From contig CAJWLU010000017.1 of assembly GCA_913043225.1 (NCBI GenBank), positions 1 through 64,000 of the forward strand: 64,000 nt of DNA. Reading direction: 5' to 3'. A program made the translations under genes and the position numbers. This document shows, one piece after another, positions 49,211 to 58,126 of the stretch. The DNA comes from an uncultured Acidobacteriota bacterium (GTDB lineage Bacteria; Acidobacteriota; Vicinamibacteria; Vicinamibacterales; UBA8438). The first letter of the stretch is position 1. Every line of letters begins with the position of its first letter. Below the pieces are notes generated by a model. That model worked only from the letters and a program-made list of their open reading frames with translations. It had not been told where the DNA came from and ran no database searches.

Positions 49211-49798
49211 TCAGAGCAGTCCCTTCGTGCTCGGAAGCTGTTTCGCCATGCGTGGGTCCTTGTCACAGGCTACCCGCAACGCGCGCCCGAACGCCTTGAA
49301 CAGCGCCTCCACCTGGTGGTGGCTCGAACGCCCGTAGAGCACCTTAACGTGGACGTTGGCCAGCGCGCCCTGAGCGAAGCCCTCGAAGAAGTCCTGAATC
49401 AGCTCGGACTGCAGGTCTCCGACCCGGTGGATCCGCAACCGAAGATCGACCACTGCGTGTGGCCGGCCGCTGAGATCGATGGCGGCGACACCGAGCGTCT
49501 CGTCCATCGGCATCACGAAGTAGCCGGCGCGGTTGATGCCGCGGCGAGATCCAATTGCCTTCGAAACCGCTTCTCCCAGCGCGATGCCGACGTCCTCGAC
49601 GGTGTGGTGCTGGTCGACGTCCAGATCGCCATCCGCCTCGATCCGGAGGTCAAAGGCTCCGTGCTTGGCCATCAGCTCGAGCATGTGGTCAAAGAACCGG
49701 ATGCCGGTCCGGATCTGATAGGTGCCCCGTCCCTCGATACCAAGCCGGATCGAGATCTGGGTCTCAGCCGTGTGACGTTCGATACGGGCACGTCGCAT
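49211..49798 (-). CDS. hisB: Imidazoleglycerol-phosphate dehydratase (monofunctional)
   Basis: [29 protein letters not shown] and PSTKG.L. Confidence 0.96.
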   Translation of the reverse strand: MRRARIERHTAETQISIRLGIEGRGTYQIRTGIRFFDHMLELMAKHGAFDLRIEADGDLDVDQHHTVEDVGIALGEAVSKAIGSRRGINRAGYFVMPMDETLGVAAIDLSGRPHAVVDLRLRIHRVGDLQSELIQDFFEGFAQGALANVHVKVLYGRSSHHQVEALFKAFGRALRVACDKDPRMAKQLPSTKGLL

Positions 49799-49802
49799 GG
49801 CG

Positions 49803-51059
49803 TCAGGCCTTGTCCTTCCTGTTGCGAGACAGCCGCACCCGCACGGACTCGGCGTGAGCGTGTAGTCCCTCGGCTTCCGCCAGCGGCAAGATGGTGGGGG
49901 CGAGTCCAGCCAACCCCGTCTGTGTCAGGCGCTGCACGCTGTGGACATGCACGAAGTCCGATGCGCTCAGACCCCCGCGCGAACGGGCGGCGCCCCCGGT
50001 TGGCAGCACGTGGTTCGAGCCGGTGGCGTAGTCGCCGGCCGCCTGTGCACCATAGTGGCCGACAAAGACAGTGCCGGCCTTGGTGGTCCGTCGTGCCACC
50101 GACTCACGGTCGCAGACGAGGTGCTCGGGCGCGATCTCGTTAGCTAGCTCCACGGCGGCGTCGATCGACGGCGTGACCACGATGACGCCGTTGGCCCTGA
50201 TCGAGGCCCGCGCCGGTCCGTCGGCGGGGAGCCGCTCCGCCACCGCCGTGGCGATCCGGTTGGCGAGGCCCTCATCCGGAGTGACGACAATGGCCCGCGC
50301 GTCCGGGTCGTGTTCGGCCTGGGCCACGAGATCGGCGGCGATCCAGGTCGGGTTGCCGCCGGTGGCGATGATCACGATCTCGGTGGGCCCGGCATAGAAA
50401 TCGATAGGGCAGGTCGCCGCGACTTGTGCCTTGGCCGCCGCCACGTACGCATTGCCCGGACCGACGATCTTGTCCACCTTCGGGATGGTTGCCGTGCCAT
50501 ACGCCAGCGCGGCAACTGCGTGTGCGCCGCCGAGACGGTAGAGCCTAGTGGCGCCGGCAATGGCGGCAGCGGCGAGCACGGTCGCATCGGGGTGGGGGCA
50601 GGTGACGATCACCTCTCGCACACCGGCCACCCGGGCCGGGACTGCGGTCATCAGGAGCGATGACGGCAGCGGGTATCGCCCGGCCGGGACGTAGCAGCCC
50701 ACGCGGTCGAGGGGGGTCACCACCTGTTCGATGTTGACGCCGGGGCGGACTTCGGTGCGCCACCCCCGCGGGATCTGCCGTCGCGCCACTCGCCTGATGT
50801 TCGCTGCCGCGCTGCGAAGCGCTCGCTTCAGGTCCGGATCGAGACCGCGGAGTCCCTCCTCGATCTCCTCCTGGGTCACTTCCACTGGACCGGAGAGCTG
50901 GTCGAACTTGCGCGCGTAGCGCAGGAGCGCCGCGTCGCCGGATTGGCGCACCGCCGCCACGATCGTGGCCACCCGGCGGGTTATGGTCGGGTCCGTGTCC
51001 AGCTGCCGGTCCACCAACCGCGCCACGGCGCGTCGTCGAGACGAGGGGAGGATGCGCAT
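49803..51059 (-). CDS. hisD: Histidinol dehydrogenase
   Basis: [24 protein letters not shown] and [11 protein letters not shown]. Confidence 0.96.
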   Translation of the reverse strand: MRILPSSRRRAVARLVDRQLDTDPTITRRVATIVAAVRQSGDAALLRYARKFDQLSGPVEVTQEEIEEGLRGLDPDLKRALRSAAANIRRVARRQIPRGWRTEVRPGVNIEQVVTPLDRVGCYVPAGRYPLPSSLLMTAVPARVAGVREVIVTCPHPDATVLAAAAIAGATRLYRLGGAHAVAALAYGTATIPKVDKIVGPGNAYVAAAKAQVAATCPIDFYAGPTEIVIIATGGNPTWIAADLVAQAEHDPDARAIVVTPDEGLANRIATAVAERLPADGPARASIRANGVIVVTPSIDAAVELANEIAPEHLVCDRESVARRTTKAGTVFVGHYGAQAAGDYATGSNHVLPTGGAARSRGGLSASDFVHVHSVQRLTQTGLAGLAPTILPLAEAEGLHAHAESVRVRLSRNRKDKA

Positions 51060-51061
51060 GG

Positions 51062-51952
51062 TCAGAGCACGATCTTGTTCAGCGGGTATTCCACGATTCC
51101 CTGGGCTCGGGCCGCTTTGAGTTTCGGAATCAGTTCACGCACGGACGATTCCTCGATGATCGTCGTGACCGAGACCCACTGGTCGTCGCTGAGCGCCGCT
51201 ATGGTGGGGCGTTGCAGCGCCGGCAGCAGGCCGACCACCGCTTCGAGGTCGTTCCGCGGGACATTGAGCATAAGGCCGACCCGTCCCTGGGCCTCGATAG
51301 CGGCGCGCAGGAGCAGGGCGATGTTCTCGAGCTTGGTCCGTGTCCACTCGTCCTCGAGGGCCGCCTGATTGGCGATGAGCTGAGGATTCGACTCGATGAC
51401 CGTGTCGATGATCCGTAGTCTGTTGGCTCGTAGCGTCGAGCCAGTCTCGGTGGCTTCCACGATGCCGTCGGCCAGCCGTGGAGGCTTAACTTCGGTGGCG
51501 CCCCAGGAGAACTCGACCTTCACGGGAATGTCGAGCCGTGTGAAGTACGCCTGTGTTACCTGTACCAATTCAGTGGCGATCGTCCCGCCGGCGAAGTCCT
51601 TCGGGCTCTTGAACTTCGAATCCTCTGGGGCGGCCAGCACCCAGCGGACCTTGCGGAAGCTCTGTTTCGAGTAGACCAGGTCAGCGATATCCACGACGGT
51701 GTCGCCGGTGCTGGCGTGATGTTCTGCGATCCAGTCTTGCCCGGTGAGTCCGGCGTCGAGCGCGTTGTCTGCGACGTAGCGCGCCATTTCCTGGGCCCGG
51801 ATTAGCGTGCACTCGATCTCGGGGTCGTCGATGGTCGGAAAGTATGACCGCGAGCTCGTGTAGATGTTGAATCCGGCCTGTGCGAACAGCTGAATGGTCG
51901 ACTCCTGCAGGGAGCCTTTGGGGATACCGAGTCGTAGGATCTTGTCAGCCAT
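51062..51952 (-). CDS. hisG: ATP phosphoribosyltransferase (long form)
   Basis: [22 protein letters not shown] and [10 protein letters not shown]-terminal regulatory domain. Confidence 0.95.
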   Translation of the reverse strand: MADKILRLGIPKGSLQESTIQLFAQAGFNIYTSSRSYFPTIDDPEIECTLIRAQEMARYVADNALDAGLTGQDWIAEHHASTGDTVVDIADLVYSKQSFRKVRWVLAAPEDSKFKSPKDFAGGTIATELVQVTQAYFTRLDIPVKVEFSWGATEVKPPRLADGIVEATETGSTLRANRLRIIDTVIESNPQLIANQAALEDEWTRTKLENIALLLRAAIEAQGRVGLMLNVPRNDLEAVVGLLPALQRPTIAALSDDQWVSVTTIIEESSVRELIPKLKAARAQGIVEYPLNKIVL

Positions 51953-51958
51953 CGTCGT

Positions 51959-52279
51959 TTAGTCCTCAGTGCCAAGTTCACGGTAGAAACAGGTGCGTTC
52001 GCCCGTGTGACAGACGTTGCCCTCGCCGTTTCGGGTGACCTTCACGAGCAGCGTGTCGTCGTCACAGTCCACCAGCAGCTGCTGTACGGCAAGGGTGTTG
52101 CCGGAGGTCTCACCCTTCATCCAGAGCTTGTTCCGGGTCCGGCTGAAGAAGGTGGCGAAGCCCGTCTCCCGGGTACGGTCGAGAGCCTCTTGGTTCATGA
52201 AGCCGACCATCAGTACTTCCTCGCTGGTGGCGTCCTGGATCACCGCCGGTATCAGGCCGTCTAGTTTCGAAAAGTCCAT
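51959..52279 (-). CDS. hisI: Phosphoribosyl-AMP cyclohydrolase
   Basis: FSRTR..LW.KGETSG, DCDDD and CHTG..TCF. Confidence 0.96.
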   Translation of the reverse strand: MDFSKLDGLIPAVIQDATSEEVLMVGFMNQEALDRTRETGFATFFSRTRNKLWMKGETSGNTLAVQQLLVDCDDDTLLVKVTRNGEGNVCHTGERTCFYRELGTED

Positions 52280-52318
52280 CGTCTGTCCTCAGCTGTCGCC
52301 CCGCTGGCCGCGTTCACC

Positions 52319-52351
52319 AAAAAAAAGCCCCGCCGAACAGGTCGGCGGGGC
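52319..52351 (-). terminator. his attenuator intrinsic terminator
   Basis: Minus strand: GCCCCGCCGA-CCTGT-TCGGCGGGGC (10-bp stem) followed by eight T. Confidence 0.92.
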
Positions 52352-52388
52352 GGGGACTGTGTCGTGTGTCTGTTCGAGACGTGCTACA

Positions 52389-52463
52389 TCACACGCAGAG
52401 CCACCGGCCCGCCGATAGGGCGGGATGATGCACGTGATGATGGCGGCCAAGCTTGCACGTCAT
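52389..52463 (-). CDS. hisL: Histidine operon leader peptide MTCKLGRHHHVHHPALSAGRWLCV
   Basis: 24-aa ORF with five His in six codons, lying between the promoter and the terminator upstream of hisI. Confidence 0.88.
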   Translation of the reverse strand: MTCKLGRHHHVHHPALSAGRWLCV

Positions 52464-52472
52464 GAGCTTCGT

Positions 52473-52501
52473 ACCGTACTTCAGGCGCGTACCCCTGTCA
52501 A
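52473..52501 (-). promoter_or_regulatory. Sigma-70 promoter of the his operon
   Basis: TTGACA (52501-52496), 17-nt spacer, TACGGT (52478-52473). Confidence 0.8.
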
Positions 52502-52742
52502 ATCGGGTGCGCGAAGTCTCACACCGGCTCTTGCCAGCGCAGGGCGCCGCCGACGGTCCTCATCTCGCGCGGGCGTGTCCGACGGTCGGAGTTCCCAAGG
52601 CCAGCGGACGGTTGCTCCGAGTCACTGGACGCCACAACCCCGTCCACCGACGGGATACAGGATAGGGGTTGGTTGTTACGACGCCTCAACGAGACGGTGT
52701 CGGGTCGGTCAATTCGACGTGTCGTCGGTGTGACGAGGGGTG

Positions 52743-55451
52743 TCAGAACCTTAGGCGAACCCCGGCGAAGCCGCTCCGAGGCGCGGCAGGACCGACGAAT
52801 CTCGGGTCCTCGGCGTTGGGGACCTCTTCGAGCTCGACCTCGAGTTCGGCGAGGGCGCCGAAGGTCTCGTACTCGGCGTCGAACAGGTTGTCGACGCGGA
52901 CAAACAGCTCGACTTCTGGAGTCAGACGGTAGGCAGAGCGCAGGTTAATCGCGCCGTAGCCATCGAGTGGCAACTGGTCGTTGCCCTCGTCGCCCAGGAA
53001 GATACGGTTCGACGCTGCGACGGCCTCCACGGCGATGTCGAACGCCCGGGTCAGCGGGACGCCGATTCCGGCTTTCACGCTATGTCTGGGAATGCCGACC
53101 AGGCGGTCGCCAGGCTGGACGGCGAGCGCACCGTTTCCGGTCGTGGCGTCGTTCACCTCGTCGTTGCCCGGGAGCTCGAGCGGCGATTCGAAGGTCGCCT
53201 CGACGAGGCCGTACCCGAGATACCAGCCCACGCGGTTGATCTGTCCCCGCAGGTCCAGGTCGAGGCCGACGCGCTGGGTGTCGCCCGCGTTCTGGAAGTA
53301 GCCCGTACCGATCAGCTCGGGCGAGGCGATGAACAGGATGTCGTCATCGATCCGGGTGCGGTAGAACGACGCCGACCAGTCGAGGTTGCCGGGCGCCCCT
53401 GTCCACCGCCCTCGAACCCCACCTTCAATCGATCGGGCGACGGCTTGTTCGAGCGGCGGATCTGAGATGAACGCGTTCGGGACCCGGCATGGTTCCTCGG
53501 GGTCGGCGCAGCTCAGTTCTGCAGCGGTCGGGGCCCGGTTCGACTCGCTGTAGCGTCCGAACAGGCTCGCCGCGTCCGAGAGCTGGTAGACGAGACCGGC
53601 GGCCGGGTTGAACCGCGAGAAGCTATGGTCGCCGTTGAGCGATACGCCGAGCCGGTCGATGATCTCGATGCGGGCGTGATTGAATCGACCCGAGAGCGTC
53701 AGATGGGTACGAGGGGTCAGCGACATCGTGTCACTGACATAGAGACCGTAATACTGGTTCTCCGAATCGATCGACGTGTTGAACAGGTCGTCCGGCGCCT
53801 GGCCGAAGAGTCCGGCCCGCAACCCTGAGCCGGACACCGTCCGCTCATCAGTGAGGGTGCCGACTTCGCTGTTCGAGCTGAAGTCGATGTCCGCCAGGTC
53901 GGCTGACGCGCCGAGCACCAGGATGTGGTCGCTGCCACCAACCGTGCCGCGTCCGGTGGCTTGCACGGTCGCGCCGTAGCCCTTAGCTCGGGTCGACGTG
54001 CGGTTGAACGCACCGTCTCCCGCCGCGTCGTCGGTGGTGATGAAGCGGCCGGTGTTGTTGGCATCTACCAGAGGTGTGCCGGCTGTTTCGTCGTCCCCGT
54101 CCTCGTCGCCATCCGCATCCTCATCGTCAGTGCGATCCGACCAGAGCCTGAGCTCGTCATCATCGTCGTCGGCGCCCTGGCATAGCGTGTTCGCGGGAGC
54201 TCCCGCGGGGAGTAGGTCGTCGTCACACACCGAGAACTCCGCCTCGTCGCCGTTCAGTGTTTGCCGGTCCAGGTCGCGGTAGTAGGCGGTGGCCTGCACC
54301 GACCAGGCATCGGTGGCCGCCAGGTCGAAACGGCCCTGCAGGAACGCCAGCTGGTTCTCCGTGGTGTCGGGATAGGTGAATACCGCGCTGCGGTCTACCT
54401 CGAGGAGCTCGATCGGCGCCGCGCCGTTGCCGTTCATCCGGGTGTCGGCGTAGGTGAAGGTGACGCCCGCGTCCACGCGGTCCTTGCGGTAGCCCACGTC
54501 GGCGACCGCCTGAGTCACTTCCGACGGTGACTGGACACGCCAGCCCTCTTCGTCGAACCGAGTGGCTCCGACGTAGAGCGCCCACGGACCGTTGTTCACG
54601 CCGTACTCGGCCGTGCCGACGAGGCGGTCGAACGAGCCGCCGGAGATCTCGGCGGCGAAGCCGGTGAAGTCGAATCCGTTCTTCAGACTGAGTCCCAAGG
54701 CGCCCCCCAGCGCGTTCAGCCCGTAGGTGGGGTCGGCGCCCGCGCTGAGCTGGGTCTGGCTAACGGCGAACTGCGGCATTAGGTCGAACTGGACGGTGTC
54801 GCCAAACGGTTCGTTGATCCGGACACCGTTCTGGTAGACCGCAATCCCCTGCGGGAGGCCGAGGAGCGGAGAGGCCGTGAAGCCCCTGAAGCGGAGCGTG
54901 GGCTGGAAGAGGTTCGTCGTGGCGCCCTCGATCGAGACCGACCCGAGCCGTTCTCCGAGCGCGTCGGCAAACGACGCGGCCCCGCGGCCTCGTAACTCGG
55001 CCGCACCGAGTACCAAGACCGTAGCTGGAATGAGGTCTCGATCGATCTCGGTGCCCAGCAAGGGCGTAAACCCAACCACCTCGACCCGTTCGGTGAGACG
55101 CGCCAGACCCAGTTCGGCATCCAGGTTCACTGCGAAGCCGTTCTGGACCGAGACCCCGAGCTCTCGGATGGCCTGAAACCCTTCCAGGCTGAACCGCACG
55201 TCGTAGGATCCTGGTGGGAGGCTGTCTAACTGGTAGCGGCCGCTCGCATCCGTGGTGGCCATGATCGGTGCGGCCCGAGCCGCTGAGGTCGCCGCAACGG
55301 TCACTCCTGGGAGCGCCTCACCCTGCGAGTCGCGGACCTCTCCTTGCAGCGTGCTGGTTTGGGCCCTTGCGGGAACCGCCATCGCGAGGATCAGACAGAG
55401 GGCCGTGAGTAGTGGAAGGAGCGTCGTCGACCTTGAACGGAGATAAGCCAT
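52743..55451 (-). CDS. TonB-dependent receptor with an N-terminal carboxypeptidase-regulatory-like domain (LutH/LanA-like subfamily)
   Basis: Signal peptide; plug RGFTASPLLGLPQGIAVYQNGVRINEPFGD and GLNALGGA; NRAPT.AEL.CADP..PC; VDNLFD; C-terminal Phe. Confidence 0.9.
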   Translation of the reverse strand: MAYLRSRSTTLLPLLTALCLILAMAVPARAQTSTLQGEVRDSQGEALPGVTVAATSAARAAPIMATTDASGRYQLDSLPPGSYDVRFSLEGFQAIRELGVSVQNGFAVNLDAELGLARLTERVEVVGFTPLLGTEIDRDLIPATVLVLGAAELRGRGAASFADALGERLGSVSIEGATTNLFQPTLRFRGFTASPLLGLPQGIAVYQNGVRINEPFGDTVQFDLMPQFAVSQTQLSAGADPTYGLNALGGALGLSLKNGFDFTGFAAEISGGSFDRLVGTAEYGVNNGPWALYVGATRFDEEGWRVQSPSEVTQAVADVGYRKDRVDAGVTFTYADTRMNGNGAAPIELLEVDRSAVFTYPDTTENQLAFLQGRFDLAATDAWSVQATAYYRDLDRQTLNGDEAEFSVCDDDLLPAGAPANTLCQGADDDDDELRLWSDRTDDEDADGDEDGDDETAGTPLVDANNTGRFITTDDAAGDGAFNRTSTRAKGYGATVQATGRGTVGGSDHILVLGASADLADIDFSSNSEVGTLTDERTVSGSGLRAGLFGQAPDDLFNTSIDSENQYYGLYVSDTMSLTPRTHLTLSGRFNHARIEIIDRLGVSLNGDHSFSRFNPAAGLVYQLSDAASLFGRYSESNRAPTAAELSCADPEEPCRVPNAFISDPPLEQAVARSIEGGVRGRWTGAPGNLDWSASFYRTRIDDDILFIASPELIGTGYFQNAGDTQRVGLDLDLRGQINRVGWYLGYGLVEATFESPLELPGNDEVNDATTGNGALAVQPGDRLVGIPRHSVKAGIGVPLTRAFDIAVEAVAASNRIFLGDEGNDQLPLDGYGAINLRSAYRLTPEVELFVRVDNLFDAEYETFGALAELEVELEEVPNAEDPRFVGPAAPRSGFAGVRLRF

Positions 55452-55613
55452 GACCTCTACAGACGGTATTCGGTTGGTGAAGATTCAGTTAATCCTAGCT
55501 GACTCGATCGGCCTACCGATTCGTGTCGGGCTGTGGCCTGCAAGCGCCACTTCCAGAAGGACGTACCGCTTCGTAACTACTCGCTAAGGACGGTGAAATT
55601 ATCCGGAGTCGGG

Positions 55614-56894
55614 TCACTGGACCTCAAACTCTATGCGGACGATATCGGCCGCGGCCAGCTCCTCGACTTCTGACGCTTCGCCGGCGGTTGCCTCGTCCAC
55701 CCGCTCTAGTAGATCGATTTCGAAGGCTTCGTTCATTCTGTTTCCGGCAAGATCCTCGAGCGTCGTACCTGCAATCAGCGCGTAGCGACCAGCCTGCCAC
55801 GGCGTATTCGGAGTCAGCGTCCACCGAGTTTCCCAGCTTCCGGTCTCCACCCGACCAAGCACTGCCTCACCATCCTGAAACTCGACGCCGATGGTCCTGA
55901 GCATGAGGGCGTGATCGAGTGGTTCGGGAAACGAGACAACCAGGCGCTCGGTTGAACCGGCTGAGGGCACCCGTAGCCGCCAGGTGTCGCTGTCGAGGGG
56001 CGTCGTATCTGCTGCACCTATCTTGAACGGTTTCTCGAACGGCGCCTGCAGTGGATTGCCTTCGGCGTCTGGCCAGGCCGGGTCGACGACGAGTGTGTAG
56101 GTCTGGCCCGCGTCCAGAGCTTGGCCGAGTCGCTCGTTTGTACCCAAGCCCTGCTTGATCCGCCCAGGGTCGAAGAAGACAGTGTAGCGACGGTGATCTG
56201 GGTCCCAGAACTCTAGGCCGAGCGGCAGGAACGGATCTTCGACCGGTTGCCCGCGATTGTCCCGGAGGCTTAGATACTCCAGGCCATCGACGTCGCTCAT
56301 CGGAGCCGAGAAGTGAAGATAGAGCCGGAGCTGGTTCTCGGGAATCTGGTCGCCGCTCGGGTAGACCCGCTCGACGATGGTTGTGGGCTCCACGGGTGGC
56401 CTGGGCAGCGAGACCACGTCGACGACCGGCGCCGGCTGTTTCGGCGCCGGCTCGCGGCCGGGTAGATGTGCTACGTCAAAGCGCACGGCGTACTCCCGAC
56501 CGGGATCGAACGGGAACATGGGCGTGAACCGGACTCGATCGTCCTCGACCGTGTAGCTGCCGAGCACCGGGGGCAAGTCACTGGCATCCGCCTTGTCCGG
56601 CGGCACCACCGTGACTCGCAGCAGCTGACTCCAGACATCGTCGCTCAGGCGGGCGTCACCGAGTGCACCCAGCTCGGCGGGTGAGAGACCCAGCAACTCG
56701 ACGCCTGCCGAGTCGCCTGACCCAGCCAGCTGGATCTCAACCGGGGGCAGCGGTGGCGGGCCGTCGCTGCCGCATCCGGTGGCCAGCACCCACCCCAGCC
56801 CGCACGCCGTGATGGCAACGTGGCGGGCCTGATCGCGGAGCGGGTGATGGCGCACCGCGGGTGCGCTGGCCCTGAGCTTTCCGGATCTTGCCAT
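55614..56894 (-). CDS. Hypothetical lipoprotein with Ig-like (Big_5-like) repeats
   Basis: Lipobox ATGC; VYPSGDQIPENQLRLYLHFSAPM, FDPGRIKQG, FPEPLD and LEDLAGN. Confidence 0.7.
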   Translation of the reverse strand: MARSGKLRASAPAVRHHPLRDQARHVAITACGLGWVLATGCGSDGPPPLPPVEIQLAGSGDSAGVELLGLSPAELGALGDARLSDDVWSQLLRVTVVPPDKADASDLPPVLGSYTVEDDRVRFTPMFPFDPGREYAVRFDVAHLPGREPAPKQPAPVVDVVSLPRPPVEPTTIVERVYPSGDQIPENQLRLYLHFSAPMSDVDGLEYLSLRDNRGQPVEDPFLPLGLEFWDPDHRRYTVFFDPGRIKQGLGTNERLGQALDAGQTYTLVVDPAWPDAEGNPLQAPFEKPFKIGAADTTPLDSDTWRLRVPSAGSTERLVVSFPEPLDHALMLRTIGVEFQDGEAVLGRVETGSWETRWTLTPNTPWQAGRYALIAGTTLEDLAGNRMNEAFEIDLLERVDEATAGEASEVEELAAADIVRIEFEVQ

Positions 56895-56916
56895 GTGATA
56901 GCGAAGAACGCGCCCG

Positions 56917-58014
56917 TCAGGGCAGCTGGACAGCGGTCAGGTCTGCGCGCCCTGTGTCGTCTCGTGCGATGACCAGCGCGCGGGTGTCATCCAGCAGGTC
57001 GAGCTGCTCGACGCCGGTCAATCCGTCGACCGTCTCGAACGTCACGCCAGCCGTGCCGCCGCCTGGCACCGGCTCGGTGAGCCCCGGTTGTCCCCCGAAG
57101 CCCGCGGTCGGGATTTTCATGACCCCGCGGCTGGTGTTCGACATCAGTAGATAGTCCTGGCCGTCCTTCTCGTACACCACCATGTCGATCGGCCGGTTGC
57201 GGTTGCCGAGCTCGGCAATGGTGGTGCCGGTAATTTTCGCGCCCGGCTCGAGGTCCGAGACCGCGAACTTGACCAGTGGCGTGCAGAGATAGCCGGCAAT
57301 CAGGTTCTGTTCCCCGTCGAGCTCGTAGGGCACGAAGGTGTACACCGGCGAGTGGGTTTCGTAGCGGCCGTGCGCGGCGTGCCAGATCTCGACGCTAGTA
57401 CCGGCGTTGGCCGTCGTGAACGGATAGTTTACCGACCGGAGCTTCGAGGCGAACTCCTCGTTCGACAGTCCGGCGATGAACAGCTGGCCGTCGACATACG
57501 CCATGTCGGTGACCGACGAGGCGCGCGGGTTCCGTCGAGCCGCCGGGTCAGCCGCCGGTACGTTGGGGAGGCTGATCTCGGTGAAGCTGAGCTGGTTGAT
57601 CTTGATCACTTCGACCGCGCTCGCGCCGTCTACCCGGAGCAGTACCGGGGTCGCTCCGGCGCCCCGACCCCGGGACACCGAGATGAACGCGTTCCGCGAC
57701 GTCGGGCTGATGGCGAGGTCGTGAATCCGGATCTCGCTCGCGTCTGTTCCCAGACGCGCCGCGATATAACGGTCGATGCCCTCGATCTCGCTGGTGCCGG
57801 GGGTCGCGCCGGCCACGGCGTCGCCGAGCTCGAGCGCGACGATCCTGGCTCCGGCATTGTCGGCGATGAACAACACGTCGTCCGGCCCGAAGGCGAGCGG
57901 ACCGCCCCCTATCAGAGAGGGGCCCTCGGCGGCTGTGAGATTCGGGGGTGGTGCGACCAGCACGACACCCACGGCGACGAGGACCGCAAGTGCGGAGATC
58001 GGGCGAAGCGGCAT
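56917..58014 (-). CDS. Hypothetical exported protein, probable beta-propeller
   Basis: GGGAG RBS before ATG 58014; signal peptide; blade-like LAFGPDDVLFIAD, DLAISP, DMAYVDGQLFIAG and DMVVYE. Confidence 0.7.
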   Translation of the reverse strand: MPLRPISALAVLVAVGVVLVAPPPNLTAAEGPSLIGGGPLAFGPDDVLFIADNAGARIVALELGDAVAGATPGTSEIEGIDRYIAARLGTDASEIRIHDLAISPTSRNAFISVSRGRGAGATPVLLRVDGASAVEVIKINQLSFTEISLPNVPAADPAARRNPRASSVTDMAYVDGQLFIAGLSNEEFASKLRSVNYPFTTANAGTSVEIWHAAHGRYETHSPVYTFVPYELDGEQNLIAGYLCTPLVKFAVSDLEPGAKITGTTIAELGNRNRPIDMVVYEKDGQDYLLMSNTSRGVMKIPTAGFGGQPGLTEPVPGGGTAGVTFETVDGLTGVEQLDLLDDTRALVIARDDTGRADLTAVQLP

Positions 58015-58126
58015 GTCGACGGCTCCCAGGTTCTGACGGAGATGTCCCGGCCGGCTGACGAAAGTGGGCGCCATCCTAACACGACGGTCGGTTTGCGCCC
58101 GGCACCCGCCGACGCTCGGCTGGCCG

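Noticed and set aside
55539..55555. Sigma-54 promoter upstream of the TonB receptor (TGGAAGTGGCGCTTGCA)
   Set aside because: The GG-GC spacing is 11 nt, not the required 10.
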